Below, in pieces: positions 37,715 to 52,097 of a DNA stretch of 64,000 nt. The stretch is from assembly GCF_006345805.1 (NCBI RefSeq), contig NC_043001.1:44516001-44580000 (forward strand), given 5' to 3'. Every line of letters starts with the position of its first letter. Position 1 is the stretch's first letter. Both the position numbers and the translations under genes were made by a program. The DNA is from Octopus sinensis. Its lineage: Eukaryota. The notes beneath the pieces were generated by a model. It searched no databases. It was given only the letters and a program-made list of their open reading frames with translations, and was not told the DNA's origin.

Positions 37715-40420
37715 TTGGACCCTACATCTAAATCAAGGTCTTCTTCTTTGCTACGAAAAAGCCCTTGAAGACCCTTCTATCGGATATATGAAACGGTTAA
37801 AAAAAGACTACTGGGACGAAACTCATCCCAACTTAAGCACCTTTACTACGAAACAGCTTCGGCAACAAGCATCTTTGTTTTAAAAAATGGCTTGCTCTCG
37901 TGATGTAAATCGATCTTCTTAAAACACAGGAAACTGGCGAAAACCTGTCAGAAGAGAGATCGAAAATAATGTAAACAAACTGCTGACGCCATCATTAAAT
38001 TTTCTTGTGTCTCCAAATATAGCTGAGTCAATAGAGACAAGTATTCACCTTAGAAACGTTCTGAAACCACAGTTCGTAGAAAACTTTGCTACCTTTTCAA
38101 AATAATCATTAAGCGACAAGCCATTCTTAACAAGATTATGAAAAATCCAACAGCTTTAATGTTGAAAATTATTGACGATGTCGCTGGAGAACACATGGAA
38201 TCATTTAATGTTAATTACTGGAATATTAACACCCTCATATACACAGCTGCTATCAGTCTTAATGAACACTTCGGAGAAATTTGCAGTGTGCATCGTAATG
38301 AAACTACTAAACTGAAGCAACTTGGATGGAAAACAAAACTTGGGGAAAATAATCTGTGCCACTATACAAGCTGGTTAACCACGATAATAAAATGAAAGAG
38401 GAATAATGAGCTTACACCTCATAAATAACACCTTATGAATAAATTAATAAAACTCTAAGGTGACTCTTCACACTAAGCTCTTGAGAGAAGGCTAATTACT
38501 CTAAAATACGAACTTAAGGTGCTGGGCGAAAATCTTCGCTACTGCAGACGAATTTGTAAGCGTGCTTTTGTAAATCAAACGTTTCCTTCAAATCCACAGA
38601 CATTATACAGGAAAATGAGGAAGGAAAATATAATCATTAAGAAGGCCCCATCTCAAGAAGGGTTTTAAGGCGGCGAGCTGGCAGAAACGTTAGCACGCCG
38701 GGCGAAATGCTTAGCAGTATTTCGTCTGCCGTTACGTTCTGAGTTCAAATTCCACCGAGGCTGACTTTGCTTTTTATCCATTCGAGATCGATAAATTAAG
38801 TACCAGTTACGCACTGGGGTTGATGTAATTGACTTAATACCTTTGTCTGTTCTTGTTTATCCCCTCTATGTTTAACACCTTGTGGGCAATAAAGAAATAA
38901 GAAGGGTTTGAATCATTCTGATTGGAAGTGTGGAACGAAAAGAGGGATGCTTCGTGGTTAAATGTAGTAAGGAGAGAATATTATATCGACATCAAGAGTA
39001 AAACATGAAACTGACTCGGTAACTTTCACCAGAGCTGTAGGTAAACTGCATAATGGAAAGGCACCTGAAAGGGATCTAATAGTTGGACACTGGTACAAGA
39101 GGCAGACATTCTACGGAAAACACTAATGTGTATATTCAAAAGGACTAAGGAAGGTCACATTGACATACCAAATTGGCTTGCTATAGCACAGGCGAATAAT
39201 GTAGCTCTTGGCTACATTATGAAACCACTTAATTGGCAGAAATTTATAGGTACATTGCTTGCCTAAACATTATGTACAAACTGTACACAAGCGGCCTTGA
39301 CCAATTCCTCTAGGATCATTGTGAGTCCAACAACATAGTGACTGATGAGCGAGCCGATAGAAAGAAGAGAGTGTGGGAATGTATCGAACAACGTTTGATA
39401 AACAAAGTTATACTGTCTGAAGTGAAGAAAACAAACATCGCAAGAGCCTTGCAACAATATGTCTTGATTATAGGATGGTATTTGACTCTGTTCCTCACTC
39501 ATGGCTTTTGAAGTGTCTACATTTGGCGAAAGTACCTGCTACCTTAATTGCTGCCATTGAGAGGTTCACAAAGACCTGAAAAACAATTCTAACACTTAGA
39601 ACTGAGAGTTGAACGATCGTCTCTAATGTTATAAATATTTCAAAGGGAATATTCAATGAGATAGATTTTCTGTAATTATGTTTATTTTGGCATTAAATCC
39701 ATTATAATTCCTGCTGCAAAATCCATAATTTCTTTGTGGACGACCTCAAGATTTATGTCTAAAATGTTAACAATGCCAAAATACACTTGGAATTAATAAC
39801 AACATTTTAAATTTATATAAGAATGGAATATGGCCACAAGAAATGTTTGTATTTGGTTGTTGAACGGAGAAACTCAGTTCCCCAGACACAGAACCCGCGC
39901 AGCTATGGTCTCACTAACTATCGTGTCCCACAAAGAGAATGCTACGAGTACCTAAGTAATGACGAAGGTCTCTTTAAATAAAGATAGAGTGACTCGTGAA
40001 TATTATGCCAGACTTAGAAAAAAATATGGTAGTTGGAACACTTCTCATAAAACAAGACAATATCCTACAGTGCATTTGCAGTATCAGTGCTAATTCTAGC
40101 ATTTGGGATACTTGACTGGTCTATAAAGGAAATCCACTTCATAGACGTTCAAATCTGCAAGATATTGACGTCAACTGGAAATATCCACAGAAATAGTGAT
40201 ATCGACAGGTTCTACATAAGAAGAGACGAAGGAGGTAGAGGCTTGAGATCAGTGTACGCAGCCTTCGAATATCGTATAGTTTCACTCAAACAGCGCTTGC
40301 TACACAACAGCAGCAAAAATAAATACATTAACTTATCGGCAGTAAGCTCCTCAGGAAATACTCTCTTCCTGATGATCTCTCATACCACCCCAAAACAGCC
40401 AGTTTAACATACCGCAAAGA
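37715..40420 (+). mobile_element. Decayed R4/Dong-like LINE (N-terminal region + RT)
   Basis: GYMKRLKK..WDETHP..KQLRQQA; GKAPERDLIVGHWYK; KGIF; FFVDDLKIY; HRNSDIDRFYIRRDEGGRGL; many stops and frameshifts. Confidence 0.85.
38669..38900 (+). mobile_element. SINE family A, single-unit copy nested in the LINE
   Basis: TSD AAGAAGGGTTT at 38655-38665 and 38899-38909. Confidence 0.93.
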
Positions 40421-40578
40421 AGACCTGGGTATGATAATTACAAATACAATTTCTAAACGGAGCTGTAAAAATATGCAAGACATTTCTCAACTTTAAAATG
40501 TGACATTGTATTCGTTATCTACTTTCCAACGCTGTTAGAAACAAACTTTTTCCTGAGAGGAAGAGATTTGAATAATTA

Positions 40579-41789
40579 TTAGGCTGTCCGGAAAGTTCAG
40601 AGTGTCTTTTAATATGCAAAATGGGATATAAATAATTGACTTATCAATAAATTTTATTCAATGAAATAATTTCCATTATTATTAATGACCTTCGCCTATT
40701 CAAATATTCCATCAGCATTAAATTTGACTGGTTTAAAAAAAAAATGTTATCTAGAAGCATTTTGACTCCATTTAAATCGTTAAATGTAATCGTTAAATGA
40801 GTTCTGTGGAGACAAAATCAAGTGGTAGTCGGATGACGCAATGTCAGGAGAATATGGTGGATGGGATAAGAGATCCCAGCCAAGTTCATGCAACTTTGTT
40901 CGGGTAGCCAAAGATACATGTGGTCGGCCATTGCCTTGTTGGAACACTACCCCTTTCCTGTTGGTAATCTCCGGCCTCAATTCTTTGATTTTTTTTTGGT
41001 TCAAACTAGCCAGCTGAAGACAGTACACATCATAATTAATGGTCTGGTTTTATGGGATAAGCTCATAATACATAATGTCTTTATGATTCCACCAAACACA
41101 CAGCATTGCTTTTTTTGCATGCTGTTTTGGGGGATCCGTACACAAACTCCAGGATCTTTTTCGCACTACGATTTCGTACACAATCCATTTTTCATCTCCA
41201 GTCACAAGTTGTTTAAAAAAAGGCATGCTTTCATTCCGTTTCAAAGCAATTCTTTATGAGAGTTTGTGAGGGACTCATATATTATAGCAGGAAATATATC
41301 CTAGATTCACTAGGTGTTAATGAGCCGTACTTTAAGAAACTTCCAACTCCTCTACAAGTTCTCTAGTCATGATATTTGAGTTTTCTTTGATTTTAGCCTT
41401 CAAAATATCTTCATCCAATTTTGAAGGTCTTCCACTGTGACTGTTATCTTCCAAGCTAAACTCTCCAGCTTTAAATTTTGCAAACCACCTTCGAACAGTT
41501 GATTCCCTTACATCATCCTCATAAGCTTCACAAGTGTTTTTGTAGGTCTTTGCAGGATTTTCCCCTTTTTTTTTAAAAAAGAAAAGCATTACAAGGCGAA
41601 TATGAAATTTTTGCTTAGTCAATAAGAGGTAACCAGAGTGAAAGATAAATCTATTTTTAGCCAGGAACAAAGAAGAGATGCACTATCACTTCAAGCAACG
41701 CCATTGTTTTAACTGTACGTTTCTGGTGTGTTCAATGAAGCGTTAAAAAAATTAGCTTAAAAACGCTCAGAACTTTCTGGACAACCTAA
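40579..41789 (-). mobile_element. Full-length but pseudogenised mariner transposon
   Basis: TIRs TTAGGCTGTCCGGAAAGTTC / GAACTTTCTGGACAACCTAA, TA TSD; HTH STVRRWFAKFKAGEFSLED..SGRP, *VPH, VTGDEKW, HPPYSPDIASSDYHL; frameshifted. Confidence 0.95.
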
Positions 41790-42044
41790 TAAAAACGGAA
41801 GAGAACACGCACACGAGGTATGTATTAGTGATCCTGCTGACAAAATCATTTGCGACATCACAATTACATACCCTTTTTGTGTGTGCCTACGTAAAACATC
41901 GAGAAACGGTGGAGCGAGCGCTAACTAGTTTCCAATGTATGTATGTATGTATGTATGATGTATGTATGTATGTATGTATGTATGTATGTATGTGTGTATG
42001 TATGTGTGTATCATGAATGTTCTACGCACGCCTGTGTTATATAT

Positions 42045-42266
42045 CTTTTATTGTTTATTTCCGTCATTAGACGGCGACCATGCTGGGGCACCGCCTTGAA
42101 GAATTTTTAGTCGAACAAGTCGGCCCCTACTTTTTTTAAAGCCTAGTAATTATTCTATTGGCCTGATTTGCCGAACTGCTAAGTTACGAGTACGTAAACA
42201 AACCAACATCGGTTGTCAAGTGGTGGTAGGGTACAAACAAAGACACAAACGCACACACGTGTATAT

Positions 42267-42313
<47 letters not shown>

Positions 42314-42314
42314 G

Positions 42315-42347
<33 letters not shown>

Positions 42348-42531
42348 GTATGCATATGTATGTATATGCGACGGGCTTCTTTCAGTTTCCGTCCACCAAA
42401 TCCACTCACAAGGCTTTGGTCAGCCCGTGGCTATAGTAAAAGACACTCTTCGAAAATGCACTGCAATGGGACTGAACCCCGAACCAAGTGATTGGAAAGC
42501 AAATTTCTTACCAGATACCCACGCCTACGCC
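42045..42531 (-). mobile_element. SINE family B
   Basis: Family B motifs, internal (TA)n. Confidence 0.85.
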
Positions 42532-43254
42532 TATACATATAAATATACGTGTGCGAGTATTAGTGTGTGTGCGTGAGCGTGAGTGTGTGTGCGTGCGCGT
42601 GATGGTTATAGCTAATGTTATATATATGTGTTGTGTGTGTGTGTATGTGTGTGTGTGTGTGATATACATGGGTTTTACACAAATACACATAGTACACGTA
42701 CTAACATATAAATAAGTATTCATATATATATATATATATATCTATATATATATATATATATAATATATATATATATATAATAGTTATACAAATGTACACA
42801 TAAATACAAACATACATGAATACATATACTTACTCCCAAACACATACATAAAAAAAGAGAAAGAGAGAGAGAGCGAAAGAGAGGGGGGAGAGACTGGTAC
42901 ATATATATTTTTATTTATTAATTAATCGGAAGAGGGGGTGGAGTAAGATCCATGACCTTTGCGAGATACCCCTAGATCGACAATGTCGATAGAGTTGAGC
43001 TTCAGTTTGAACTTCTGTACATCAATGCCTATAGGAAAAAATATGGGTTGTAGGGAAATCTCTGCAAAGGGAGGGGCCCTTCTTTGAAGGAAAGATTAGT
43101 GCAAAAAGCTGAGTAAAGGGTCTGGTGAGTGAAAGGAACACAGCAGGGACAAGAAAAAAGAAAGAGAAACAAAGATATACTACTGGATGTGCTTAGGCGG
43201 GAGGTGGTATGCATCTAGTTAGTTTTAAAGGAGCAGTGGCCGCCATAGTATTGT

Positions 43255-43269
43255 GATAGATAGATATAT

Positions 43270-43365
<96 letters not shown>

Positions 43366-43372
43366 TAGATAC

Positions 43373-43446
<74 letters not shown>

Positions 43447-43454
43447 GATGGATG

Positions 43455-43512
<58 letters not shown>

Positions 43513-43541
43513 TAGATACACAGACAGACAGACAGACAGAC

Positions 43542-43596
<55 letters not shown>

Positions 43597-43621
43597 TAGA
43601 CACACAGACAGACAGACAGAC

Positions 43622-43675
<54 letters not shown>
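43255..43675. repeat. (GATA)n/(GACA)n compound microsatellite
   Basis: Direct inspection. Confidence 0.97.
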
Positions 43676-43739
43676 ACAAAAATGACAATAAATGGAATAT
43701 AAGACGTGGAGTAGGGGGGGGGACGACGAAATTATTTGC

Positions 43740-43940
43740 GTTCTTATCTGTTTTTCCTACTCTCCTTCTGTCTATTAGCGTTTCTTTACCTTTTCTGTTA
43801 ACCTTATTTCTACGGCTTTATTTTATTATATCTGTTTGTTTATTACTTACTAAATATTTTCCTTGCTTTTTTTTTTCATTTTCTACATTCTTCTTTTCCT
43901 TTTTTTTCTTTCATCATATTAATGTCGTTATTCACTTTCT

Positions 43941-43995
<55 letters not shown>

Positions 43996-44770
43996 ATCTA
44001 CATACACACACACACACATACACACACAACAAATATTTTAATTCGTTTATTCTCATTCTTCTTTTCTTTCGTCAAACTCTTTCCCTTCATCTTTCCCTAC
44101 TTCTTACCTCTCTTTTATCTTATTTTTTATTTCTACCTCGTTTCTCCTCTTCTCTTTCATTTTCTGATCATGAGCTTCACCGCCAACATCACACTTTTTT
44201 TATCGTCTGACTTTCTTTGTCATTACTATTTTTTTTATTATTCCCTTTCTTTCCCTCGTTTTCATTTACTTTTCTTCGAGAAAATCCTTCTATTATTCGG
44301 TTTTTCACCCCATCTTTTCATCTCCTTATCATCCCTCTCTCTTTTTTAACTTTCTCATTACTGTCTATCCTATATCTCTCTTCTTCTTCTTGTTTTTTCA
44401 AGCCTTCTTTCTCTTTTTCTCTTTCACTTTCTTTACCCCGCTCTCTGTTTCATTCCCATTGTATTTTCCATAGTTATTTCCTCTTTCAGTTGTCCCACTC
44501 TCTCTGACTCTCTCTGTCTCTCTCTCCCCTTCCCTCTCTCTTTCTCTCTCTCCCTCCTTTCTCTCTTTCTATCCTACCCTTTTCCTTCTATTTCGATACT
44601 TTTTTAAATTTCTACAGTTGTCTTCCCCTTTCCACTTTTCCAGTGTCTTTCTTCTACCCTCTTCTTCAGCATATCACCTCCTTTCTCTCCAATCTTTCTT
44701 TCTCTTCCTCTTATTAGCTCCCTCCTCCTTTCCTCTATCTCTTCCTTTTCGTGTTTGTCTGTATTCCCCT

Positions 44771-44835
<65 letters not shown>

Positions 44836-45400
44836 ATTTAAGTATCATTCTCTCTCGTCCTCTCTCTCCCAACTTATTCCTGCTCAACTTCTAACTTTAG
44901 GGATCTCTCGAATTGTTCTATTATTTTTTCTTATCAGTCTTTTATCCCTATCTATGGTCTCTCTCTCTCTCCCTCTCTCTCTCTCCTACTCTCTCCCCTC
45001 TCTCTCACTCCCTGTCTATCCCCACACATACACACAAACATGGTTTTCTCCTCTCTTTTTTTCTCGTTTTCTTTCTCTCATTCCGCTCTTACGCCTTTTC
45101 TAGTCTGTTTCCTTTCTGTCCCTCCGCCTATCTCCTTTTGTTTCTAGTCTTTTTTTACATCTCTCCTCCCGCCATTTTCCATTCTTTTTCTCAGTCTATT
45201 TACCTTTAGTCTCTCCTTCTTTATCTATACTCTCTCTCTCCCTCTCCCTCAGCCTTTACTCTTCAACTTCCTCTTCTATCTTCCACTTTCTAATTTTCTG
45301 ATTGCTTTCATTAATTTTCTTACTATTTCTTTATTTTCGTTCTCTTTCCACTCTCTTTTTTTTCACCACTCTCTCTTTCGTTCGCTCTCTAACTTTACTA

Positions 45401-45450
<50 letters not shown>

Positions 45451-46195
45451 CTGTCTGTGTATCTGTTTCTCCCCGCCTGTCTTTCTCTGTCGCCCTCTTG
45501 CTCTCTCCATCCCTCACCTTTTCTCTCCTCTCTCTCTCCCTCCCTCTCTCTCTCTCTCTCTCTCATTCTGTCTGTGTATCTGTTTCTCCCCGCTTGTCTT
45601 TCTCTGTCACCCTCTTGCTCTCTCCATCCCTCACCTCTTCTCTCCTCTCTCTCTCTCTCTCTTGCTTTCTTTCTCTCTCTTTTCCTCTGTTCTTTCACTT
45701 TCTACTTAAACTTCCTTCTTTTCTTCTCCAATCTCTGCTCTTCCCGCTCGCTTTACCGCCATTTCTCACGAACCTTGAGAACTGAGATTCACACCCATTA
45801 CTTCATTTATCTTTCTCTCATTTCTTTCTTTCTTTCTTTCTCTCTTTCTTTTGCCCGCCCCCTCACTCTCACTCTCGCTCTGTTTCTCTTTCTCTTTTTC
45901 TTTGATCATCCTTCAAGTCACACGGGGTATTAACTCACTCTTCTCTTTTACTCGCTCTTTTTTTCCTCTTTCTCTTCCCGTTCCGCCACTTCTAACCCTT
46001 TTACTCTCCCACTCCCTTTTATTCCAATTGCTGTGCTCTACGTTCATCATCTCTATTTGAACCTATTGCTGTCTTTCTCCTTTCTTTCCTCTCTATCCTT
46101 CTCTCTCTACCTTTCACCTTATCTCTCTCTCTTTCTCTTTCTCTTTCTCTCCCCTCTATCTTTCTATTTTTCTCTTTCATCGCTTTCCCATTTCA
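43740..46195. repeat. ~2.4-kb CT-rich low-complexity tract, including a ~117-bp tandem duplication (45447/45564)
   Basis: Direct inspection; CATTCTGTCTGTGTATCTGTTTCTCCCCGC occurs twice. Confidence 0.9.
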
Positions 46196-46308
46196 CACAC
46201 ATTCACACATAAGCGCACGCACACACACATATGTATATAGATATATACACACAATTTATATATACATATATATTGATACATACACACACATACACACATA
46301 TTATATAT

Positions 46309-46340
<32 letters not shown>

Positions 46341-46573
46341 ATATTCAGGATATAGAGCAAGAAATACGCACACATAATATGTATATACATAAATACATTC
46401 ACAGACATATACACACACGCGCGTACACTTATTCTTTCCTTCTATTTTCTCTTTCTCTCCCTCTCTATCAAATTCCCCTCTTTTATCTTAATTTTCTCTT
46501 TGATCGTTATTTCTAATAATCTAAACGATCCCTAAACCCCTGAACGATAACCGCCCCCCACCCCATCCCACCG

Positions 46574-46628
<55 letters not shown>

Positions 46629-46940
46629 AACGTCTTTCTTTTGAGGCCCAGTTCTCAGTAGGGGGTTCATAGCGTGAAGCGGGTGTGAGATAAATTCATC
46701 CCTGGATAGGTCCCCAGCCCGACACAGGAACACAGGAAACAGGCCAGCAAAACTGTTGCGATGAGTGGTACACATTTTTGACATCTGAGTGCAGATAAAA
46801 TCTCCCACCCGCTTCGCACCCCGCACCCAAATAAACGATCAGTAAAGACGACTCAACAAGAGAGACCATTCATAATCACTCGATTTGTTACAAACAGAAG
46901 CCAAATTCCTTCAAATCGTGCTTTACTGCTTTAAAGTTGT

Positions 46941-47190
46941 GCAGGTGCGTGGCTTGGTGGTTAGGGTGTTTGCACTCAAGATCGTAAGATTACAATTTCA
47001 ATTCCTGACCGGGCGATGTGATGTGTTCTTAAGCAAAACACTTCACTTCACGTTGTTCCAGTCCACTCAGCTACCTAAAATGAGAAATCCTGCGACGGAT
47101 CAACGTCCCATCCAGGTGGGGAATACATACACCACAGAATCCGGGAAATTGGCCCCAATGAGTACAGGGTTCTGGAAGAACCACTTTTGA
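46941..47190 (+). mobile_element. tRNA-derived SINE family C (other copies 50961-51207, ~63037-63270)
   Basis: TGGCTTGGTGGTTAGGG head, TGTGTTCTTAAGCAAAACAC core, tail shared with 50961. Confidence 0.8.
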
Positions 47191-48141
47191 CCCTTTTTCT
47201 TTCACAGTTTGGGGACACAATAGATAGATAATGTCTTGGCTGGATACACCATGTTGGAAAAGGAGACCGGATGGTGTCTTTGATTCACCTGACAGTAAAT
47301 CAAAATTCCATAAATACCATCTGTAATTCTGTATTGACTCGGATGGAAAAAATGTGTCGCTCAAGAAGTACTTCAGTTTGAACAATTTTCATGATGTTTC
47401 ATATTTAGTTGCTTTTATTAAATTCATTCAGTTGTTAAACATAAATAAATCTTGAAATTAAATGGTTTTGATTTACTGTTGGGTGACTTTTGGCCTACCC
47501 TGTATATATACATATGTGTGTGTGTGTTTATATATAATATATGCATATATGGGCACAGGACGCCACCAACAGTAAACAACATGAAATACGAAAACAAATG
47601 AGTTAAATACGCAAATAACGAGAAAAGGATAAGTAATACAAAGAATAACCCTTCATCAGTTGTCGGCTGTCTATCTACTCCCCTTGATCTCTGACGTCAT
47701 CTGGCAAAAGCCAACAAAGAAAGCGTGAATCAGCCAAGCTTTACCTGCTAGAAGTAGCAACCCAAATGCTTTTAAACCAGATCTCAATACTGAATGTTCA
47801 AGAACCAAATGAAGAGCAGATTTTCAATGACGGGATCATCCTGATTCCAAAAGGGTGTAATGTGTCAATGTAGAGTAAATGTAGACTGAGATACTAATTA
47901 TTATTATTATTATTATTATTATATTCTCCAGAACCCGTTAATGTTAAAGCAGCGAGCTTTATTAATTAAGTACCAGTTGATCACTGGGATAGGTGTAATC
48001 GACACATCTCCTCCCCCAAAATGACTGCTCTTGTGGCAAAATTTGGAACCATTATCTTTATTGTTGTTATTATTATTATTATTATTATCATTATTATTAT
48101 TATTATTATTATCATCATCATCATTATCATATATGTATATA

Positions 48142-48195
<54 letters not shown>

Positions 48196-48266
48196 ACACA
48201 CACACACACATAATATATATATATATATAGGTGCAGGAGTGGCTGTGTGGTAAGTAGCTTGCTTAC

Positions 48267-49320
48267 TTCAGTACAGAGTGGACGCGTTTTTTTTTTCGCG
48301 GTGGAAGTCATGTCGTTGTGTCAACGTCGGGAAATAGTGAAGTACGACTACTAGGTAAGACATCTTTTCTTTTGGGATTTATTTGGGGTCTGTTGCTCGT
48401 ATTACTTATTTTTTTCGAACAAAAGGTCTCCACTGGGTTCCATGCATTTGTCTGCCAGTGGCCGTGCTTAAGGTCTCACTTGGTTGTGAGAGGTTTGTTT
48501 TGGGAGGTGAGTCCCTCCTGAAAATTGTGTTGTTTTAACTGCTATTTTTGACTGGTGCTTCTGACTGTTTTTGTGCCCATGAATTACCATTTAGGCCGGG
48601 AGTACTGGGACGCCAGGAAAATTACTGTTTTTTGTGTCTCACTTAATTGTGAGAAACCAAAATCGAAATTTTGTGCTGCGACGGAACACGGTGGATTACC
48701 TGAGTAGCAGAATTGCGTTGCCATTTGAACTGTCTTCCTTCGTTCTGTTTCTCTCCTCTGTCTTTCCATTCTTTTTTGTGTTTATTATTGACTTTAATTT
48801 GAATTTTTGAACTCTTGTCTTGAACATTTTACATTTTATTTATTTTTCGCCAATATGGCAACAAAAAATACTGTTTTGGAGTAGCAAGTAGTGGCCCCCA
48901 AACAGTGGTTGCAAAATTTTTTCTGAGAGAACGGTGGTGTTAAGAACCTATTGTAAGGTTCTTGACACCATCACCTATTCTATATTATCAAAGTCTATGA
49001 ACTATATTTGAAATACAGGACAATATAATGGATTTTACGCATAACTATTATGGATTATTACAGAAGACTTACCAAGGAAGCATATATGGATTTAAAGATT
49101 CTCATACTAAAGTGTACTTATCAAAATTAAAAGCAGTAATTTTTAATTTATATTTCAAACAAACACCATTTTATAGTATTACTACCATTCAATATGTTAT
49201 ACAAAATTCAACTTTTATATCTCTGAAGAGCAGAAGAGTTGTCTATAAATGCTTATCAATAGAGGATTCCATTATAGGGACAGCACTTCTGCGAAACGAT
49301 TGTAAGATGCTTTAAAAACT
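48267..49320 (+). mobile_element. Probable 5' UTR and decayed ORF1 of a LINE, fused directly to a SINE-B head (48229-48266)
   Basis: Begins TTCAGTACAGAGTGGACGCG (Inr/DPE-like, as at LINE 5' ends); CpG-containing ~590-nt leader then ATGGCAACAAAA at ~48856. Family not identified. Confidence 0.4.
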
Positions 49321-49346
49321 TAATTCAAAACTTTTAAACTGTCATA

Positions 49347-49853
49347 TCTATATATATAAAACTCTAGTTGTGTGGAGTGTCTGTCCCCTTCGATTTAGAT
49401 TCCTAACTCCTCCCACATTTTGCGGTGCCAGTTTAAACAAATTCGGGTATCTTATAGTCGTGATTCATATCGAGCCCGTCTGACTATTAGCGCGCGTCAA
49501 CGATGAGTCTACGATTTAAAAAATAATTTAACATCATTTTTTATTCCATTTTAATGCATAAAATGCATCGTATGTCGATGGCGGCGGAGTTGGCGTCCAC
49601 GCTCACAGCTGCACCTGTTTGCTTCTCCCCCTTCCCTCCCTCGTGAAGCTGTGGGGAAGGAGTGTAACAAAAATCACGTCGTAATGCGTTGTGAAGGAAA
49701 CCAGCGTTCTTTTAGAACAACGACTTCATGGCTTGAAGACACCAAAACAAAAATGGCTAAGAAAGCCCGAATTTATAAGGGAAGTAACTCTCTAAAAATG
49801 CTTATATAGTTATTTCCCTTACAAACCCGAGCAACGCCGGGCGATACTGCTAG
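49347..49853 (+). mobile_element. Non-autonomous Helitron
   Basis: A|TC 5' end, subterminal hairpin CCCGAGC-AAC-GCCGGG at 49826-49841, CTAG|T 3' end, no TSD. Confidence 0.85.
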
Positions 49854-50183
49854 TATATTATATATTTATATTATACATATTTACATATATTTATATATAT
49901 TTATATTTTTAATACAACAATTATTTTACACACGTATATATCTTTCTGAAGAATTTTCTAATGTTGATTTCCTGATATTAATAATAATATATAATAAAAA
50001 ATATATATAATCGCTTGTATTAAATACATAAATACTTTAATAGTATTAATACTTTGATACAATAAAGCACTCAACATAAATTCAGTATATAATATTCTCA
50101 TCGAATATATTTAACTAAAGATTTATATAAATATATATATGTATGCATGTGTGTGTGCGCGTGCGTGTACGTGCGCGCATGTC

Positions 50184-50249
<66 letters not shown>

Positions 50250-50694
50250 GTGTCTGCTCAATCATGATTGACCTAAAACTAAGCAAGAACAATGAGACAC
50301 AAAATAAACGATGAGGTACACATGTGTCGTACTGAATTCATAAACTAGATGTTAGTTATCTAATGCTTTACCTACTTAACCGAATCAGTTTTATTCATGT
50401 CTTGCTGATGATGTTTAATAAGAATGAAACATGTTCAGAGTTAATGCGTCTGCTAAAGATCAGATTATATTTACAATTCATATTACTAATAGCTATTTTC
50501 GATGTTATGTATTGAGGCTGTAGTGCTTCAACAATACTTTAAAAGATATATTTATTCTGAGATATTTTCAAGCTTGTTTCCCAACCATTTTGTCTTGGGT
50601 TTGGTGTCACTGGGCGGCACCTCGAGCAAGTGTCTTTCATTATAGCCCCGGGCTGACAAAATCCTTGATAAACGAAACTGTAAGAAGTCTGTCG

Positions 50695-50726
<32 letters not shown>

Positions 50727-50839
50727 TGTATGTATGTATGTATGTATGTATGTATGTATGTATGTATGTATGTATGTATGTATGTATGTATGGCGGGATA
50801 CTGATGAGGTGATTTGCTTGACTGCATAATGTTTCTACT

Positions 50840-51620
50840 ATTGATATATTATGTTTTCGGGATTTTGATGAAAATCTGTGTATGTCCTATAAAGCTTTGG
50901 AAACCACACGTTTTCTGCTAATTACTTTTCTTTATTATTATGATCTTACTCTGCACTCTGTGGAGGCGCGTGGCTTAGTGGTTAGGGTGGCAGCATCATA
51001 ATCGTAATTCTGGACCGGGCGACGCGTTGTGTTCTTGAGCAAAATACTTCATTTCACATTGCTCCAGTCAACTCAGCTGGCAAAAATGAGTAACGCTGCG
51101 ATGGACTGGCGTCCCATCCAGCTTGGGAACACATACGCTATGGAAATCGGGAAACCGAGCCCATGAGCCTGGCTAGGCTTTAAAAGGGCGCATTTATTTT
51201 TATTTATTTACTCTGCACTCTAGCCTATCCCAAGTTTTGTGCCCTGCATCATACAATGCTGGATACTGGGAGTGGATTGTGAAGTCAACTACTAATTCCG
51301 ATGCTGGTTGTTCTTTTTCTCTTTTTAATTTGGTAACAAGGTTTTGAAGGAAACTGTCTTGTTTTAGTCAGCATCCTTTAAATCTTAAGAAGGTCTTGCA
51401 AATTTTTATCATCCCAGATATCGTGATCTTTTGTAGCATATGAATTAAGGAATTGCATTCTCTCCCAAGAACCCAAATTCAACGATATTTTGCTCCAGAC
51501 TGATTTGTATGCATACTGTTGCTCCAATAATAACTGGTATGAAACTGAAAGTGAATCTTGGCTACTGGATTTTCAAACTCCTTATAAATAGTCCATAGAT
51601 ACCCGCCTTCTCTTGCATTT
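50840..51620 (-). mobile_element. 3' end of an R4/Dong-like LINE with nested SINE C
   Basis: Minus strand FIPVIIGAT..LQKITISGMIKICKTFLRFK is a typical REL-LINE C-terminus. Confidence 0.7.
50961..51207 (+). mobile_element. SINE family C, full length
   Basis: A box TGGCTTAGTGG; 14-bp TSD TTACTCTGCACTCT at 50946-50959 and 51208-51221. Confidence 0.92.
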
Positions 51621-52097
51621 TTCTAACCACACTGGTGTCTAGAGGGTAGCTTTCTTGTATGTATGTATGTATGTATGTATGTATGATGTATGTATGTATG
51701 TATGTATGTATGTATGTATGTATGTATGTATGTATTATGTATGCACGCATGTATATATGTGTGCACGTATGCATGTATCTGTCTTTGTGCTTGTCCATCT
51801 AGCATCGCTTGACAACCGGTGTTGGTTTGTTTAGTTAAGGTCCTGTAACTTAGCAGTTCGGCAAAAAGATACTCTTAGAATAAGTATCAAGCTTAAAATA
51901 AGCACTAGAGTCGATTTGTTCGACTAAACCCCTTCAAGACAGTGCTCCAGCATGGCCATAGTCAAATGACTGAAACAAGTAAAAGGGAAAAAAATAAGCA
52001 GGTTTGTCTCTCCTCATTAAGAGTACAGTCTTAATTACAAAAGTGATTAAAATTATCATGCTCACATTACCAAGTTTATTAATGCTTGTTTTACTAT

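Noticed and set aside
39342-39370. CTGATGAGC..GAAA hammerhead-like string
   Set aside because: Lies within LINE RT coding sequence and the stems do not pair.
40579-41789. Active or domesticated transposase gene
   Set aside because: Split across frames with stops, and the second catalytic Asp motif is altered (QQGN).
47640-47682. Minus-strand CTGATGAAGGG hairpin as a full hammerhead
   Set aside because: The GAAA/NUH half is not present in this copy; kept only as part of a repeat family.
50801-50835. CTGATGA as a hammerhead core
   Set aside because: No GAAA after the potential stem II and no stem I/III.
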